Below, piece by piece: positions 12,301 to 25,645 of a stretch of DNA of 64,000 nt. Under the pieces are notes generated by a model that was not told the origin of the DNA, did not search any database, and saw nothing but the letters and a program-made list of their open reading frames with translations. This DNA is from Saccostrea cucullata. Its lineage: Eukaryota. Both the position numbers and the translations under genes were made by a program. Where the stretch lies: the NCBI RefSeq assembly GCF_032062105.1, contig NW_026936290.1:124001-188000 (forward strand), written 5' to 3'. Position 1 is the stretch's first letter. The number at the start of each line of letters is the position of its first letter.

Positions 12301-15300
12301 AGGTGTATATACATGTACTGTATATGAATTTGCATCTATTCATACGCTTTTTATTGTTTTGCAATGCAATGTCTGAATTTTAGGACAATAAATCAGAATA
12401 AATAGTTCAAGTGATTGAAACCAGCCGTATTCTTTTACCTCTAGGGCACGAGTGTCCATAGCTGATACTGGTTCGTTTGTTCTGGATGACAAATCTACAA
12501 AGGATGGGTATCTGACGTCACAAATTTGTCCCAAGGATGTCCATCCAATGTTGTCAACTGTAAGCATCTGTGTATTTCAAAAGAGAGATATAGATTATAA
12601 TGAATTAAATTCAAAACAGTTCATTTCAGATAGACAGGTCCTAATATAATCCCTTTGGGGTTATAATTTAATACTGACAAATCCATCCTGTTTTCTTGTA
12701 GCTCTCTCTAAGGGAGAAGGAAGACCTTTTGTGTCGAGTAGTCAGTGACATCACTGGGTCTGACATAGCAACCAGGAAAGATGTTCTGAAAAGGCGTAAA
12801 ATGGAATACAACGCCATGTCCCAACTCCAGAAAGAGGCTTGGGAAATTGCCCTTGGCCAAAGAGTTTACAACACGAAGAAGTGCTGTGGTCTGGTGTGTA
12901 CCGAAAATCAAAAACAATGACAAACTGAAATATTAAAGTTTAAATGATAAAATAGCAAAGAAAGACCAATCCTAGAGTAATAAAATCCAGTGATGTACAT
13001 GATATTTTTCTAAAAGCTTAAAAGCTATTAATATTCATTAATGACTGTTTCGTTATAAGACAGGGATGAACCATAAAAAGGTAAAATGCCAAACAAATTC
13101 TTTGAAAGCAATGATTGTTTATGAGGTTTTGATCTCTTTCTTGCAGACTGGAAGTGAGAGAAGCGAGTGTCTGGGAGATGACCGGCGACATCGCGTGGAC
13201 AGGTTCTGTGCCTACGGAGAATCCGTCATTCCATTCACCATTAAGAGGCGTGCCTTTATGGACAAACGACGGGAAGAATGCTGCTGGAAACTAGGTAATG
13301 CCATGTGCTTTCATGAAAGACTGTGTACATTTATTAACAAAATCAATTTACATTTCTTAAGATCAAAAATTGGTCTAGTAGATTTTTAGCCCCATTTCGT
13401 TATAATACATGTAGATATTTAACTACTCATGAAATAAGGGAAACTTACGTTTTAATCATTTAATACACAGGTGAACGTCGCTACCATTGTTTTGCGTATG
13501 TGCCTACTCAGCAAGCCAACAATCCCAACAGTCTCTGGAATGTGAAACACGTCCAAGAAATGGACGAGTCGGATCCAATAAACGACCTGGAGGACTATGC
13601 ACCAGAAGTCCTGAAAGAGGTATGTAAATCAGACTAAGAGAAAAATAAATACTTAAAATAATTTATTCATGAAGATAAAATTCACGATTGGGGCGTGTCT
13701 CTTTAGAATCATTGATGATAACCAATCTAATTAGATTGTGATGATAACTTGAAAAAAAAATTTGCCATGTATCTGATGAAACATGTCGTTACGTTTAATT
13801 GCTTTCATTTGCAGCTATCAAAACTACCTGCCTTCATGAACGCATATGCTGATAGTGCAACCTTAGAAGTAAATCTCAGTACAGAGGAACAACATCAAAA
13901 AGACCTGAAGGTTTCCAAGGAGACCAAACCTGTATCCTCTAAAGAAACAACCAACCTGTTAACAACAACTGCAACAACTAAGGCACGTGTTGTCCAGACA
14001 ACTACTGAGTCGCCAACGACTGTCTTCGTGACAACTACAGACATGGAAGAAAGCAAGAAAACAACAGACACAAGTAAAGGTAAAGTGACCTTATTTTACG
14101 CATTTTGTATCATCACGACTTAGTAGAAAATTTGCCATGATTTAGAAGTTAGTAGCATTAGTTTTATTAACATTTCTTAACGTTCTGTCCTACGTTCTAC
14201 CCTTCAAAATACTTTATCATTTATTCTGCATCTGATTAAAACTGTTGGGAGTCCCTTCATCACTTCTGGGTTTTGAACTGCCAACTATTTTCACATTATA
14301 TAATCTATCATGAAAGCAAAGATCTTAATTTGATGACATACTTTTAGTATTCTGTACAATCACATATTTTCATGTGTGTTAATTTTCGATGTTTTCGAGG
14401 TTTAAACAGACACAAAAAATGGAGTCCACCATAAAATATATTACGCCAAATTATTACGACTCAACAATTCTTAACCCTTCAAAGCAAATCCTCAGATCAC
14501 ACATTATTATTTTTTCTCAAACCCCACAAAATACATGTACATGTATGTGATTTTACAGTTATACATGTATTATTCGAAAGAGTTGATTTATGAGATTTAA
14601 ACTTAATTGACATAGCTTACCTTTTGTAGATTTGCAAAGGAAGATGAGAAAACTAAAGCTTCGTCTTGATTGCTGTGAGTCTGGACGTCAAACAGCGGAG
14701 GATGTGGAGGAGGATCCTTGGGGGAAATGTACCACTGCCTCCTATAAATACACCAGAAAAATGAGGGGCGGAAGGCGCATGTGCCGAACCTACTTCCTGA
14801 AATGCTGCATCGAGGAATCCCAAAGGTGAGGGACCTCATTAGACCACTGAAGATTGTTTGTTTCTAATTAATAGTTGTGGCGTATGTGTTTCTTTTTTAA
14901 TTTAATGTCACTTTTTGTGTTGTCCTGTCCATGTGTTCCTATATTTCTTCTTTTTATCAAATTTCAGTGGATCCTTTGGAATAATGCTTCTTGAGATGAA
15001 GAATTTAAAACGAACTCTAGATATTTTAAACTTGAAAATGCGTCAGAATTCTAAATCAGCTAAACTGAGATCGAAACAAAAAGTAAAATATTTGATTCAG
15101 AAGGCACAAACATCGATAAAAGTAATGCTGAAGATTTTAACAAATAATGCCAAAGACAACAATATGAACAATATGCCAGAATCAAAGTTATGGAATTTTG
15201 ATATTTCAAATGAAGTTCCTGAAATGTTAAACCAAGTGAAAATGCGTTCTCCCAATGATTTTGAATCTTTCAACCAAATTGTTTTGCGTCTTCATCAAAA

Positions 15301-15703
15301 ACACTAACCAAGACAATGACAGCTGTATGTGGTATGTGTATATAATCATATACATACATGTATGACTGTGATTTTGTAAAACATATAACTTTATACTCAC
15401 CCTGATGTTGTTACCAAATCTAAGTTTGATATTTTTAGTGAGGAAGAAAATTCCGGCCATCAAGATGACGACGATGAAGACGATGATATTGACGATGAGG
15501 ATACTTCAATGGTGAATTCTGAAGAAAGTGGCGATTACAGCGACGCCGGTGATGGCAGCAACGAGGATAACGATGATTCTGATTTTAAGACAACTAAATC
15601 TGTGAGTCGAATAAATCGGCGAAAATTAAATCGAAGAAAGAATAGCCTCAGGGGAAGACGACGAGGGCGAAAACGAAGCTCCATAAAACGCAAGAGAGGC
15701 TGA
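9377..15703 (+). CDS. Secreted Reeler-domain protein with ECM1-like CC-x9-C units, Thr-rich stalk, anaphylatoxin-like domain and acidic/basic tail (about 591 aa)
   Basis: Exons 9377-9431, 11562-11729, 12010-12232, 12445-12559, 12702-12893, 13147-13294, 13471-13619, 13815-14079, 14630-14825, 15439-15703: all GT-AG, phases consistent, total 1776 nt. Signal peptide MFGIALQFVLYLFLLDLGGIYA; Reeler C-terminal signature FTWTAPLCGCITIRARV; AATAAA at 16182. Confidence 0.85.
14968..15307 (+). CDS. Candidate alternative terminal exon of the Reeler-domain gene
   Basis: Pyrimidine tract plus tttcag acceptor in the same phase (2) as exon 15439; open for 340 nt (SGSFGIMLLEMKNLKRTL...LHQKH*). Confidence 0.45.
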
Positions 15704-17214
15704 AAACCACGTGACCATAAATTCTCACTGCCTTTGTTTAGAACATTGTACCTGTAGTCATTTCATAGAATAGGTAGTTCTACCTCTAAAGGAATAGTCT
15801 TGTCCATGTATGAACATTTAAAGGAATAGCTTTGTCTGACCTTTGTAGTTGTACGTACTTCTAAAGGGATAGATGTGTCTGATTTTGTAGTTTGTGTGTG
15901 AAATGTGTTGTAGGTCTAACCTTGCAGTTGTGAACTGTATTTTATTTCTGGTCGCCTCTTAGCATCTTGTTTCGTGCCATTTATGCGAAGACAGTGCTGT
16001 TTATGTTCAGTTAATGAGATTTTTTTTTACCTGAAAGACGCTTTTTTAAAAATATTTTTTGTTGTACTTTTCATAGGTGCTAGAGGATGTGGCATATACG
16101 TTTTGTGTTATTCTCTGTGAGAATTTGATGAGCATGATAATTGTTTTACAATATTATTTGTAGTTTTTTAATGCATTTTCAAATAAATCATTTTACAATG
16201 AATATATGCCTTAAATTATTTCTATCGAGTTTTAAATTGAATTCAAAATTTAAAAAATGATGGATAACTTTGACATACATATAAAATATAAACTAAAGAG
16301 AAATCAACAAAATCTAAGATCCTCAATCTGTTTTTTAAATAAAATTATTCATACTTTCGTGTTTCGTAGTCAAATGACTTTGTTGTACATTTGGATATTC
16401 TCTTCGAAGAAAGTTCTTGTTTGACCAGCTTGAGTTTAATTTGCTTGAAAATTTGCAATTTTATATAATATGTTAAAACATGTTTGAAGTATAATATATG
16501 ATTTTTTTGGGCAAAAGTTTCATTTGTTTGAAGTATTTCAAAGTATATTCTTAATTCATCATGGTCATGGGGCAAGGTCTCATCTACTTCCTTACGTATA
16601 TATTTAAAAAGTAATTTTAAATAAGTAGCTTTTGATATTAATGATACACTTTTTAAACTCTCGCTGTAAAAAGCCGCCGTAAACATACTCCTAGAAAACG
16701 TAAAGTTTGGTTATGACATGTTTGAGTAGGACTGTGGTTGAAATCTCCATTCAGTAAAACGGTGAAAAGAATAGCTTTCTATCCTTCAATTAGTGCATTT
16801 GGACGTATAAATATCAGAATATTTTAAGGCCTGCGATACCTTTTCTAAACGCTTTCAGAGATAATATTCCTTATATTGTAAAGTTGATTTTTTATTGCCT
16901 TCGCCAGTTACAGAGCAAAGGTGTAATGTGTCATATGTGTTTTGTCAATTCTACATGAGGATTTTAATAACTAACATCATCGGAAATTTAAATGCTAAAA
17001 AATCTTTTATTATATATTTTCAAATGCAAGTAAATCACTTTGCATTTATTGTATTGTTAACTAATATCTAATCTTATTTCAACAACTATTTCAGTAAAAA
17101 AAACTAACTTCGTTTAAAGTCATCATTTTGCGAATTTTATGGCCGATGTTATGGCCTTGTTTAAAAAATGCAATAAACTAGTATAGCATCTTTAAGTTGT
17201 ATTTTAATCAATGT

Positions 17215-18070
17215 ATGAAACATATGAATTTAACAAACAGTATTCAAGATAAAAAATCCATTTAAAAAATCCAAAATAGGAGCAGATTAAATACGGACAT
17301 TTCAAACACCAGAGATTGTATCAGGTGCCATGGAGGAGTGAGTATCCCCTGCCGACCGGTCACACCCGCCGTGTGCTCCTTGTCATGACCGTGAAATAAC
17401 GGAAATACCGTCGTCAATTCAGTGTATGAATAAAGGACTAACAATTCTTATGAAAAACGTCGGTCAGCATTTGTCTCGATGATAAATTGTTTTTGCTGAC
17501 AAGGTCATTGTATGTACCATAGAAGTTACGAAATGATTACTTTAAACGAGACTGCTGATATTCTTGTTTCAACAACTTGTTTTTTTCAAATAATTTACCT
17601 CGGTTTAGAAATTGTTCATACGTAGAATATGCTCTTGCGTATCGAATCAACTGAGATATATAAACTTCGTAAAAGGTGATGAAGGTATATTGCTGGATTA
17701 GTATGGGGAGTTGACGATTGAAAAGGTAAGGTCATCACGTTTATCATAAAGCTTGTTGTTAGATTACCGTTAACGTATTTTTCAAGTAAAATATCCAAAT
17801 ATGAAACAGATGTGTCGGAGTCTTTTATCTCAAGCTCACCAGGATATATTGTATCCAGATCAGAATGGAAATTGCCATTGTTAATTGACAATACGTCGTC
17901 TATATATCTGTATGTGGAGTTGAGGGCCACAACAAGTGTTTTCTTCTAATATCACTCATGATACTGGACAAAATTCTACTTCATATGAAAACAAAAATAG
18001 GTCAGTTAATAACGGGGCGCAATTGGTACCAATGGGAATTCAAATATATTGTTGGAAGATCTTGTCTCCA
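17215..18070 (-). mobile_element. Naiad-type PLE 3' half
   Basis: ORF 17616-17930 contains YRYIDDVLSINNGNFH...LEIKDSDTSVSYLDILL; IPIGTNCAPLLTDLFL at about 17990-18040; 3' motif at about 17278-17382. Confidence 0.9.
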
Positions 18071-18677
18071 ATTGTAAGGCTTTTTGTTTTATACTATAAT
18101 CAGTACACAACACTCACAGGGGGCGCTACAAGTCGATAGAGAATGCTACCTCCCCTTGAGCATCTGATCCCACCTCAGGACTTTCCAGGAATATGTTTTA
18201 AGTCCTGTTTAGAGATTTACATTCTTTTTTCAGAGCACTTTTCATTTTCTTCATCTATTTTAAATTGAATTACATATATACTTTGACATAACAACATTAA
18301 TCTTTAGTTTGATTGGTTTGATAGCATTCAACAGTCTGATATTCCTAGGCTTATTTTTCTCAATAAAATCATTCACGGTTTTGGTGATTTATAAGAGCAA
18401 ATTAATTTGAAGTTGAAATATGTTAATCTCTATTCCTTGTAATTTCCTTTTTAAAAAAGTCCCTACGTGCAATTTGTCCAGCGTTGGAAATTATCTAATC
18501 CAAAACAGAGAGCAAAGATTTATATTTAAAGGATTCTTAATTATATACAAAGTAATGAATGAGTAAATATTGTCGAAAATAAACTTCCTATAAGCTTTCC
18601 ACTGTGCTGTAGTCTTAGATAATAGGATGACGTTTCAAAAATGATAAATTGTCATTCGGATGTCAAATCGATTTATT

Positions 18678-20112
18678 TAAGAAATGAATTTCATTTTTGA
18701 AGATTCATGAGGTTATGAACTACGACGCTTCACGCCGGCATATTTCATGAAGCGCGTTAGCGCTTCATGATAAATATGCCGGCGTGAAGCGTTGTAGTTC
18801 ATATACCTCATGAATCTTTAAAAAATTAAAGTCATTTCTTATATTTACATTATTTTCCTGATAACTTGCCATAAATTTACGCCGTTCAACTGTCATTTTT
18901 AAAACAAAACAGTGTGCACTATATTTTTTGACTTTTTGACGTCAAGAGCGGTATTATGACGTAACAATGCAGATATTCCTGCTTATTCGTGATACATGAT
19001 ATACGAGGGCTGTTCGAAAATTATTGAGACAATTTCATTTACTGCATAAAGGACGGAACGGAGATACTTTCATGAAAATTCATCAACATTTTATATATAA
19101 AACTCTTATGCAAAATTTCTTATTCCTATGATAATAAGAAAAGTTTCGGTGAAATGATAAACATGCATATGTCTATCGACCCGGAGCAGCATCGCTACGT
19201 CATTTAACGTCACGTCAGCCTGAGATGGTTTCACACGTAAAACGATCAGGAAGCATGTATACTTTTCCTTCTTTGTAATTACATATAACAGTACAAAAAT
19301 CAAACAGTCTCTTTTCTTAAACTTCCTTAAAAATGTATGCTGTTGCTACCTGAGTGTAAAATTTTCATTTGTGGAAAAAGATGACTTAAAACCATGCAGT
19401 TCTGATTTGTGCAATGCATGTCAACGATATTAATACCGTAACTACGTTAATACCGTACGTAGTAACTGATGGTCGTCCGGAGCTTTTGATTTTACTCTGG
19501 TTGACTTTAAAAAAAATGTATACCAATAAAATAACAAACCCTAACACATTTTTCCTCGTTGTTATTGTTTTAGCAGGTCGTTGAGTCTGCAAAAGAGTTC
19601 TAGATTGCGCTACACAAAGTTTTAGGTATGTTCGCTGCTCCGCCATTGACATCAAAATCCATTTTTTCGTTCTAAGCAGATTTCTCTACCGCGCTTAAAT
19701 TTTTTATGATCTTCGTATTCCTGATCAATATTCTAACAAATTTGCACAACATGAATTTGAATGACAGCTGAAAAATTATAACATAAACAGAATTATTTTT
19801 TGCTCTTATTATGGGTCCACGAAGAGTTAGAACGTTGGTGTTACATATTTTCAATATCTGATTTTGAGACTGCTCCGGGTATCCCTACTGATGACGCATT
19901 TATATACCATTGTACAGAAAATATTTAATGTTTGTAAAATATTTTTTGCTGATATCAATTTTTAGTGTATGTCAAACGCATATGCAAATTTTCACCGAAA
20001 GACGTTCATTAGAAAGCAAAATATACACAGTGTCTCAATAATTTTCTCGTATATATACTGCATTTTATTTTGTAAAGAATCATAGGGGAAATTTATTGAA
20101 AATGTAAATATA
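18678..20112 (+). mobile_element. Hairpin-ended non-autonomous element, copy 1
   Basis: About 165-bp palindrome 18678-18841 centred on gaagcgcgttagcgcttc, followed by TATTTACATT; far end AATGTAAATATA at 20101-20112. Confidence 0.7.
19002..20051. mobile_element. Mariner-type MITE nested in the hairpin element
   Basis: TACGAGGGctgttcgaaaattattgagaca ... tgtctcaataattttCTCGTA; TA flanks; no transposase ORF. Confidence 0.7.
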
Positions 20113-20956
20113 TATATACCTTTGAACATGAGATTTAAAAAAAACGACATCGGGGATACAACATGTACAATGACCTTTTTAGCAATTTAATACAATTTAT
20201 CGTTCAGTCTAGTGTTAACTTTTTTTTTTCAAAGAAAATTGTTAGGCCAATATTTTCATTCTGAATTGTCTACAAGTTTTCCTTTTACCTCGTCATTATA
20301 GAAGGAGCACACGGCGAGTGTGACCGGTCGGGAGGGGATGCTTATGCCTCCATGGAAACTGATCTCATCTCTGATGTTTTAGACTGTTCTCAATTAGTAC
20401 TGTTCTAAATGACTTTTGAGCTTGATTACTGTTCTTTATCACAGAAACTTTTATTTTCATGAGGAATTAATACAATGTAATACTTTCTGAGAAATCTGTG
20501 ACAAGTGCCTAATCTTTCAATATTACGAATAACGACTACAGAGTATCCCATACTGACAATGTAACATTGTTTGCTATGTGCTAGAAATACATGTAGTTGT
20601 TATGGATGAAATGAGTTTAAAAATACTTTCGAAAAACAAACATTTCAACATCATTTATTTTTCTTCATGACATGATTTAGATAAAGATTTACAGGTAACA
20701 TGAATAAAGGTCAAACTTTCTTTGTGTTGTTGCTAGGGGAGTGGTGTTGTTGCTATGGAAATAAGTCATCGAACAATATTCAATAACTTGATACAATATT
20801 TTAAAGTCTTTCCGAACTATCAACATGCAATTATCAGCATATTACTTAAATATCCAATTCCATGACAAACAATACAATCTCAAAGTCAAATCTGTTTTAC
20901 AGGAGACATAGGAACTTTGGTTGTCATGTACACAGAACCCTTGACATTTGGGTTGA

Positions 20957-22286
20957 TTAAGTACCAAAAAACAAGATGTGTTTGTGAAACACTATGCGCC
21001 CGGCGGCAACAAAGTTCGGAAAAAGCTATTTTTAGCATTAAGATCACAGTCAAGGTCACAAGGTCATTGACCTTGGTGTCACCTGAAAGAACATAATTAG
21101 TGGAGTTTGCATACCAAATATGAAGTATCTATCTTTCATAGTTCGAAAGTTATGGCGAAGGTTAAAGTTTGCAGAAAAAAGCTATTTTTAGCATATAGGC
21201 CACAGTCAAGGTCACAAGGTCATTGACCTTGGTGTCATTTGAAAGAGCTTAATTAGTGGAGTATGCGTACTAAATATGAAGTCTCTATCTTTCATGGTTC
21301 AAAAGTTATGGTGAAGGTTAAAGTTCGGGACAAACAAACAACAGACAGACAGCTAGACAGACGGACAGACAGACAGACAGGACAAAAACAATCTACGTCC
21401 TGGATCTATCGATCCGGGCGCATAAAAAATAACAATATTAAAACCAACATTTCATTGTCAATTTGCTCAACCGGATTTTTCTGACTTATTTTGAATAAGC
21501 CTTAATAAGATTACACGAATACATGCCAAAATTACCTTTCTTTGCCTTGTTGCTATGGAGAACCTGCTGTTGCTATGGAGATAAAGAATTATGCAATATT
21601 CAATTATGTGCTATTGAGTCTAAATTTAATTAAACTATTTTAAAATTGGAATCTCGTTTATCATCAATAACCGTTCATTTGATTTTTCCCTAAACTTTTT
21701 ACATTGTTTCTCATTTTATGCATCAAAAAGCCCATTTTTGTTGCTAGGCAACAGATTCGATTTTCAAAAGAGCCCATGGAATTGACTTCAAATTCTAAAA
21801 GAGAAATACCTCTGCTTTTATGTGAGATACATGCAACAACTGTATTAATCTGGCCATTTTTGAAATTTGGCCTTGAATATTGCCAAAATCACGAAAAATG
21901 CTGAATCAGCAAAACTTGTAAAACATGTGTACCTTCCAATGTCTACCACGGAACTGACTTAAGACCTAAATATTTTTTATTACATTATTAGAACACAATA
22001 AATGTGTATCTTTATTACACTCATAAATAAGAATAATTCTCATGGTATTAACGTGTTATTTTAAGCCTCAAAGATAGATGATTTTTTGTCCTTCAACACT
22101 GAAAAATCCGCCCGTTGCTAAGGAAATTTCTTTGGCCGGGTTTCCATGGTTACCAAGACTCAAAACATTTTTCATTTTACATACATTGTTCATACTTCAA
22201 AATAAATCTATGAGTGAAAAATCATCAAATTCTGAGAACCCTCATATATCACCCTTTGTCTGATTTTTATGTGGACTGGTACTTAA
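20957..22286. mobile_element. TTAA-flanked non-autonomous DNA transposon (Kolobok/piggyBac-like), left end interrupted
   Basis: ttaa|gtacca at left and tggtac|ttaa at right; repeated gttgctatgg / gttgctagg internal motifs. Confidence 0.45.
20968..21429 (+). mobile_element. Helentron-associated non-autonomous element (HINE / CvA-pearl type)
   Basis: aaacaagatgtgtttgtgaaacac end, two ~156-bp core repeats (21021, 21177), (GACA)n tract at about 21332-21380, terminal hairpin cctggatc-tatc-gatccggg, A-run. Confidence 0.85.
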
Positions 22287-23039
22287 ATATATATGTAACC
22301 GAGCAGAAAGGCAGATGTTGTTTTTATCATTAATTAGGTATATAAAGGCATTGATCTAAAATGAACAAAGTACATAATAAGTCAAAATTACAGAAATGGT
22401 GAAACAGTAGACGTTTAAGAAAAATGAACTCCATGAAAAAATGTGTACTGTAAACAATTCAACTTGAAATCTTACAGACTCATTATTATTTCAGTAACAA
22501 CTTTGAATGCAAAAATACAATAAAGTAAAACTTTTGCAATCAAAATAATAACACAAATCGAAACTTTATATGGTAAGGAAACACATAATTAAATATATGT
22601 TACATACCATAAGATGCGTATGATGGACACTGGATCATAAATTTAACTTCTTTCTTGAAAACGTAATACTGCTCTGACACACATAGGTAAAGCGCGGTAA
22701 ATTTATACTTATAATGAAAATGTATTATTGGATGAAAAAATAGGAAATAACCAAGCAAATGAAAGAGCCAATGAAATGAGCCATAGAATAAAACTTTACT
22801 CAGGCAACTCAATCCAGATGCGCAATCGAAGTTTTAGTTAATCAAATTTTAAGATTATATTTCTGAAAACGATATGAAAATATAAATAAAAACGAATAAA
22901 TACATACAGAAATAGATTTCATAATATCACATATACAAAACTTGAAGTTATACCGGCTGTCCACAATCATTAGAATTGTGAAATGAAAGGCCCAAAATAA
23001 TGGTCTTACAATTGTATGAAGAACCTCAGTCGCTTAATG

Positions 23040-23272
23040 AAAAACTTTTCTTGCTGATTGGGTCACTGTGTAGACCATAGAACTTGCAAAATATGATGTT
23101 TAAACTGAAAATGTAATATGCTTAATCAAATTGTTTGTAGATAGCTTTCCTCATTTTAGAAATTGTTTGTACATACAGCAAATTTTTATGAATTAAATCA
23201 ACTGATAGATATAAACCATAAATCCATTAGAGTGATTAGGGTATCTTGCTTCACAAGTAAGGGAAGTTCAAT
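23040..23272 (-). mobile_element. Old Naiad-type PLE fragment abutting the RTE 3' end
   Basis: Reverse complement of NFPYL, YGLYLSQLI and KFYG remnants. Confidence 0.6.
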
Positions 23273-23273
23273 T

Positions 23274-25645
23274 CCTTACCTTTACCTTAATTCTCTTCGT
23301 GCCAGAAGGCACACAAGGCCTGAACATCTCTTTTTCACTGGGGCCGGTCTGCGGCTGCCCGGAATGCCGTGTTCCAGGAATTCCAGTCTGCATTATTTCG
23401 CATCCACCACAATCCGTCGCCATATTGTCTTGGGGCGGTCTAGTTTCCTTCTCCCCTTAGGCGTCCTCCCGAAGGCCACAACACAGCCATCTGTGGGATC
23501 CTTTCTAAGCACATGGCCGATCCAATTCCATCTCCTCCTCCTCACCTCGCTACTGATGCTTTTTGATTCTGACATTTCCAGAACTGTCTTATTTAATATA
23601 TGATGTTGTCATCTGACATTAAGATCCCTCTGAGGCACTTGGTCTGAAAGATGTCAATCTTCTTTTCCTCTGTCTTGATAAGCTTCGAAGTCTCACATCC
23701 ATATAACAATACAGAGAGGACCAGGCTCTTAAAGACGGAGACTTTTATCTTTCTACTGATGTCTGTAGTGTTCCAGATGTTAGCAAGCATCCTGAAGATT
23801 GTACCGGTCAGTGCTATCCTCTTCCTGGTGTCAGCAGTTCCTACTCCCTCTTGGTGACATTGGCGCCGAGGTAAGTAAAGCTGTCCACCTCGTCGGCTTC
23901 GCTGTTTCCATCTGTCGGGCTGATTTCACTCCTGCTTCAACACTTTGCACTTCTTGGCATTAAGCTTGAACTTTTGCGGAGTTTTCTTCCAGTTTTGTTG
24001 TCTTAGATTGTAGATCGTTCATTACTAATGACAATAAGGCAATGTCGTAAGCAAAGTCAAGGTCTCCAAGCATAGTGGTGAAGTCCCATCTAATTCCTTT
24101 TCTCTGACAGTCTGTCGCATCACCAAGTCTATATAACTAGGAGAAACAAGAAGCCTGACATGTAGCAGCTTTGTTTGACACCAGTCATCACAGGAAAAGG
24201 GTCTGTGGTCTCGTTGTCTTCAATCACAGAACACCGAAATATGTCATACAGGGCTTTGACCATTAATCAATTTTCTGGGTATTCCATATTTCTTCATTAT
24301 GACCCAAAAGCTGTCTCTGTGCACCGAGTCAAAAACTTTCTCAAAGTCCACAAAATTGATGTACAGTGTAGCATTCACCTCGTTGACTTCTTCCAGGATT
24401 TTCCTAAGGATGAAGATCTGGTTAACAGTCCCTCTTCCTTTCCGGAACCCTGACTGCTCTTTCCTCGGGATGCAGACAACTCCAGCCTGTATTCTGTTGA
24501 TGATGATCCTGCTGAGTGCTTTGCTGGGTAGGGGCAGCATTTAGACTCTCCTCCAGTTGCTGCAGTCCTGTAAGTTGGCTCTCTTGGGAATTTTACAGTT
24601 CAGTCCTCTGGTCCATTCTTTGGGTACCTTTTCCTTCCATAGCTAGTCAAAGGTGTGATTCAATTCCTGGTTGCCCTTATCAAGGTCTGCCTTTAACATT
24701 TCTGCAGTTATTTTATCTGCTCCAGTGACCTTCCTATTCCGAAGCGTCTTAAGTGCAGTCCTTATTTCCTATGTGGCGGGTGGCTCAAGCTAGATGTCTA
24801 GCTCTTCTCCCTCCTCATGTTCATCTTGTGGTGGTGACTCCAGAGTTTCTCTGTTGAGTACTTCCCCAAAACGTTCCCTCCATCTGGCAAGCCCTTCTTT
24901 ATTTTTCAGCAGCTCTCCATATTTGCGCTTCACCGCTGCTGTTTGTTTATTACTCTTTCTTCTCAGCTGCTTTACTATGCTGTACAGTTCCTGCTGTCTC
25001 CTGTTCTCGGCTGCTTTCTGTGCTCGCTCAGCTTTCTCTGCCATCCATCTCCTCTTGTCCTCTCTCGCACTTTTCTTGACTAGTAGTACTTTGTCTTTCT
25101 CCCTGTAATTTTCCTTCAACTTTGCCTTGACTCTTTCTGATCTTGTGCTCTCTATCTTTGTCTTGATGTCTTTTCTTTCATCTATCAACTTCCAGGTGTT
25201 TTCGCTGATCCAAGGTTTACTTTTGCCTTTCCTGTAGCCAAGTACTCCCTCTGCTGAGTTCACATATGCCATCTTCTGCTGTTCCCAAATTTTATCAATA
25301 GGTCTTTCATATCCATTATTGTTACTCCCTACCTTAGAGTTGAGGTCCCCCATGATAATAATGATGTCGTTGTTATTACATCCATCAAAGGTCTCTTGTG
25401 ACTCCTGATAGAATTTGGCTTTCTCTTCCTCTTCCTTTTTATCATGTGGCGCATAAGTTTGGATCACCGACACCCTCCTGTACCTTGAATAGAATCGTGC
25501 TGTAATGATTCTTTTACTGACAGGTGACCTACCATGAGTGATTTCATGCCTGCCGGTTGGTCATTATAGAAACTCCTCACTCATGGAGTTCTTCATCCCC
25601 GCTGTATATGACGGTCTGGCCCAAGGTCAGTCTCATCTTCAAATT
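23274..25645 (-). mobile_element. RTE-clade LINE, frameshifted (APE endonuclease plus RT)
   Basis: IQTYAP...IIMGDLNSKVG (APE); EQSGFRKGRGTVNQIFILR, FVDFEKVFDSVHR, DLDFAYDIALL, SVLLYGCET, RRWNWIGHVLR (RT and C-terminus); 3' (TAAGG/TAAAGG)n tail at 23274-23289. Confidence 0.92.
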
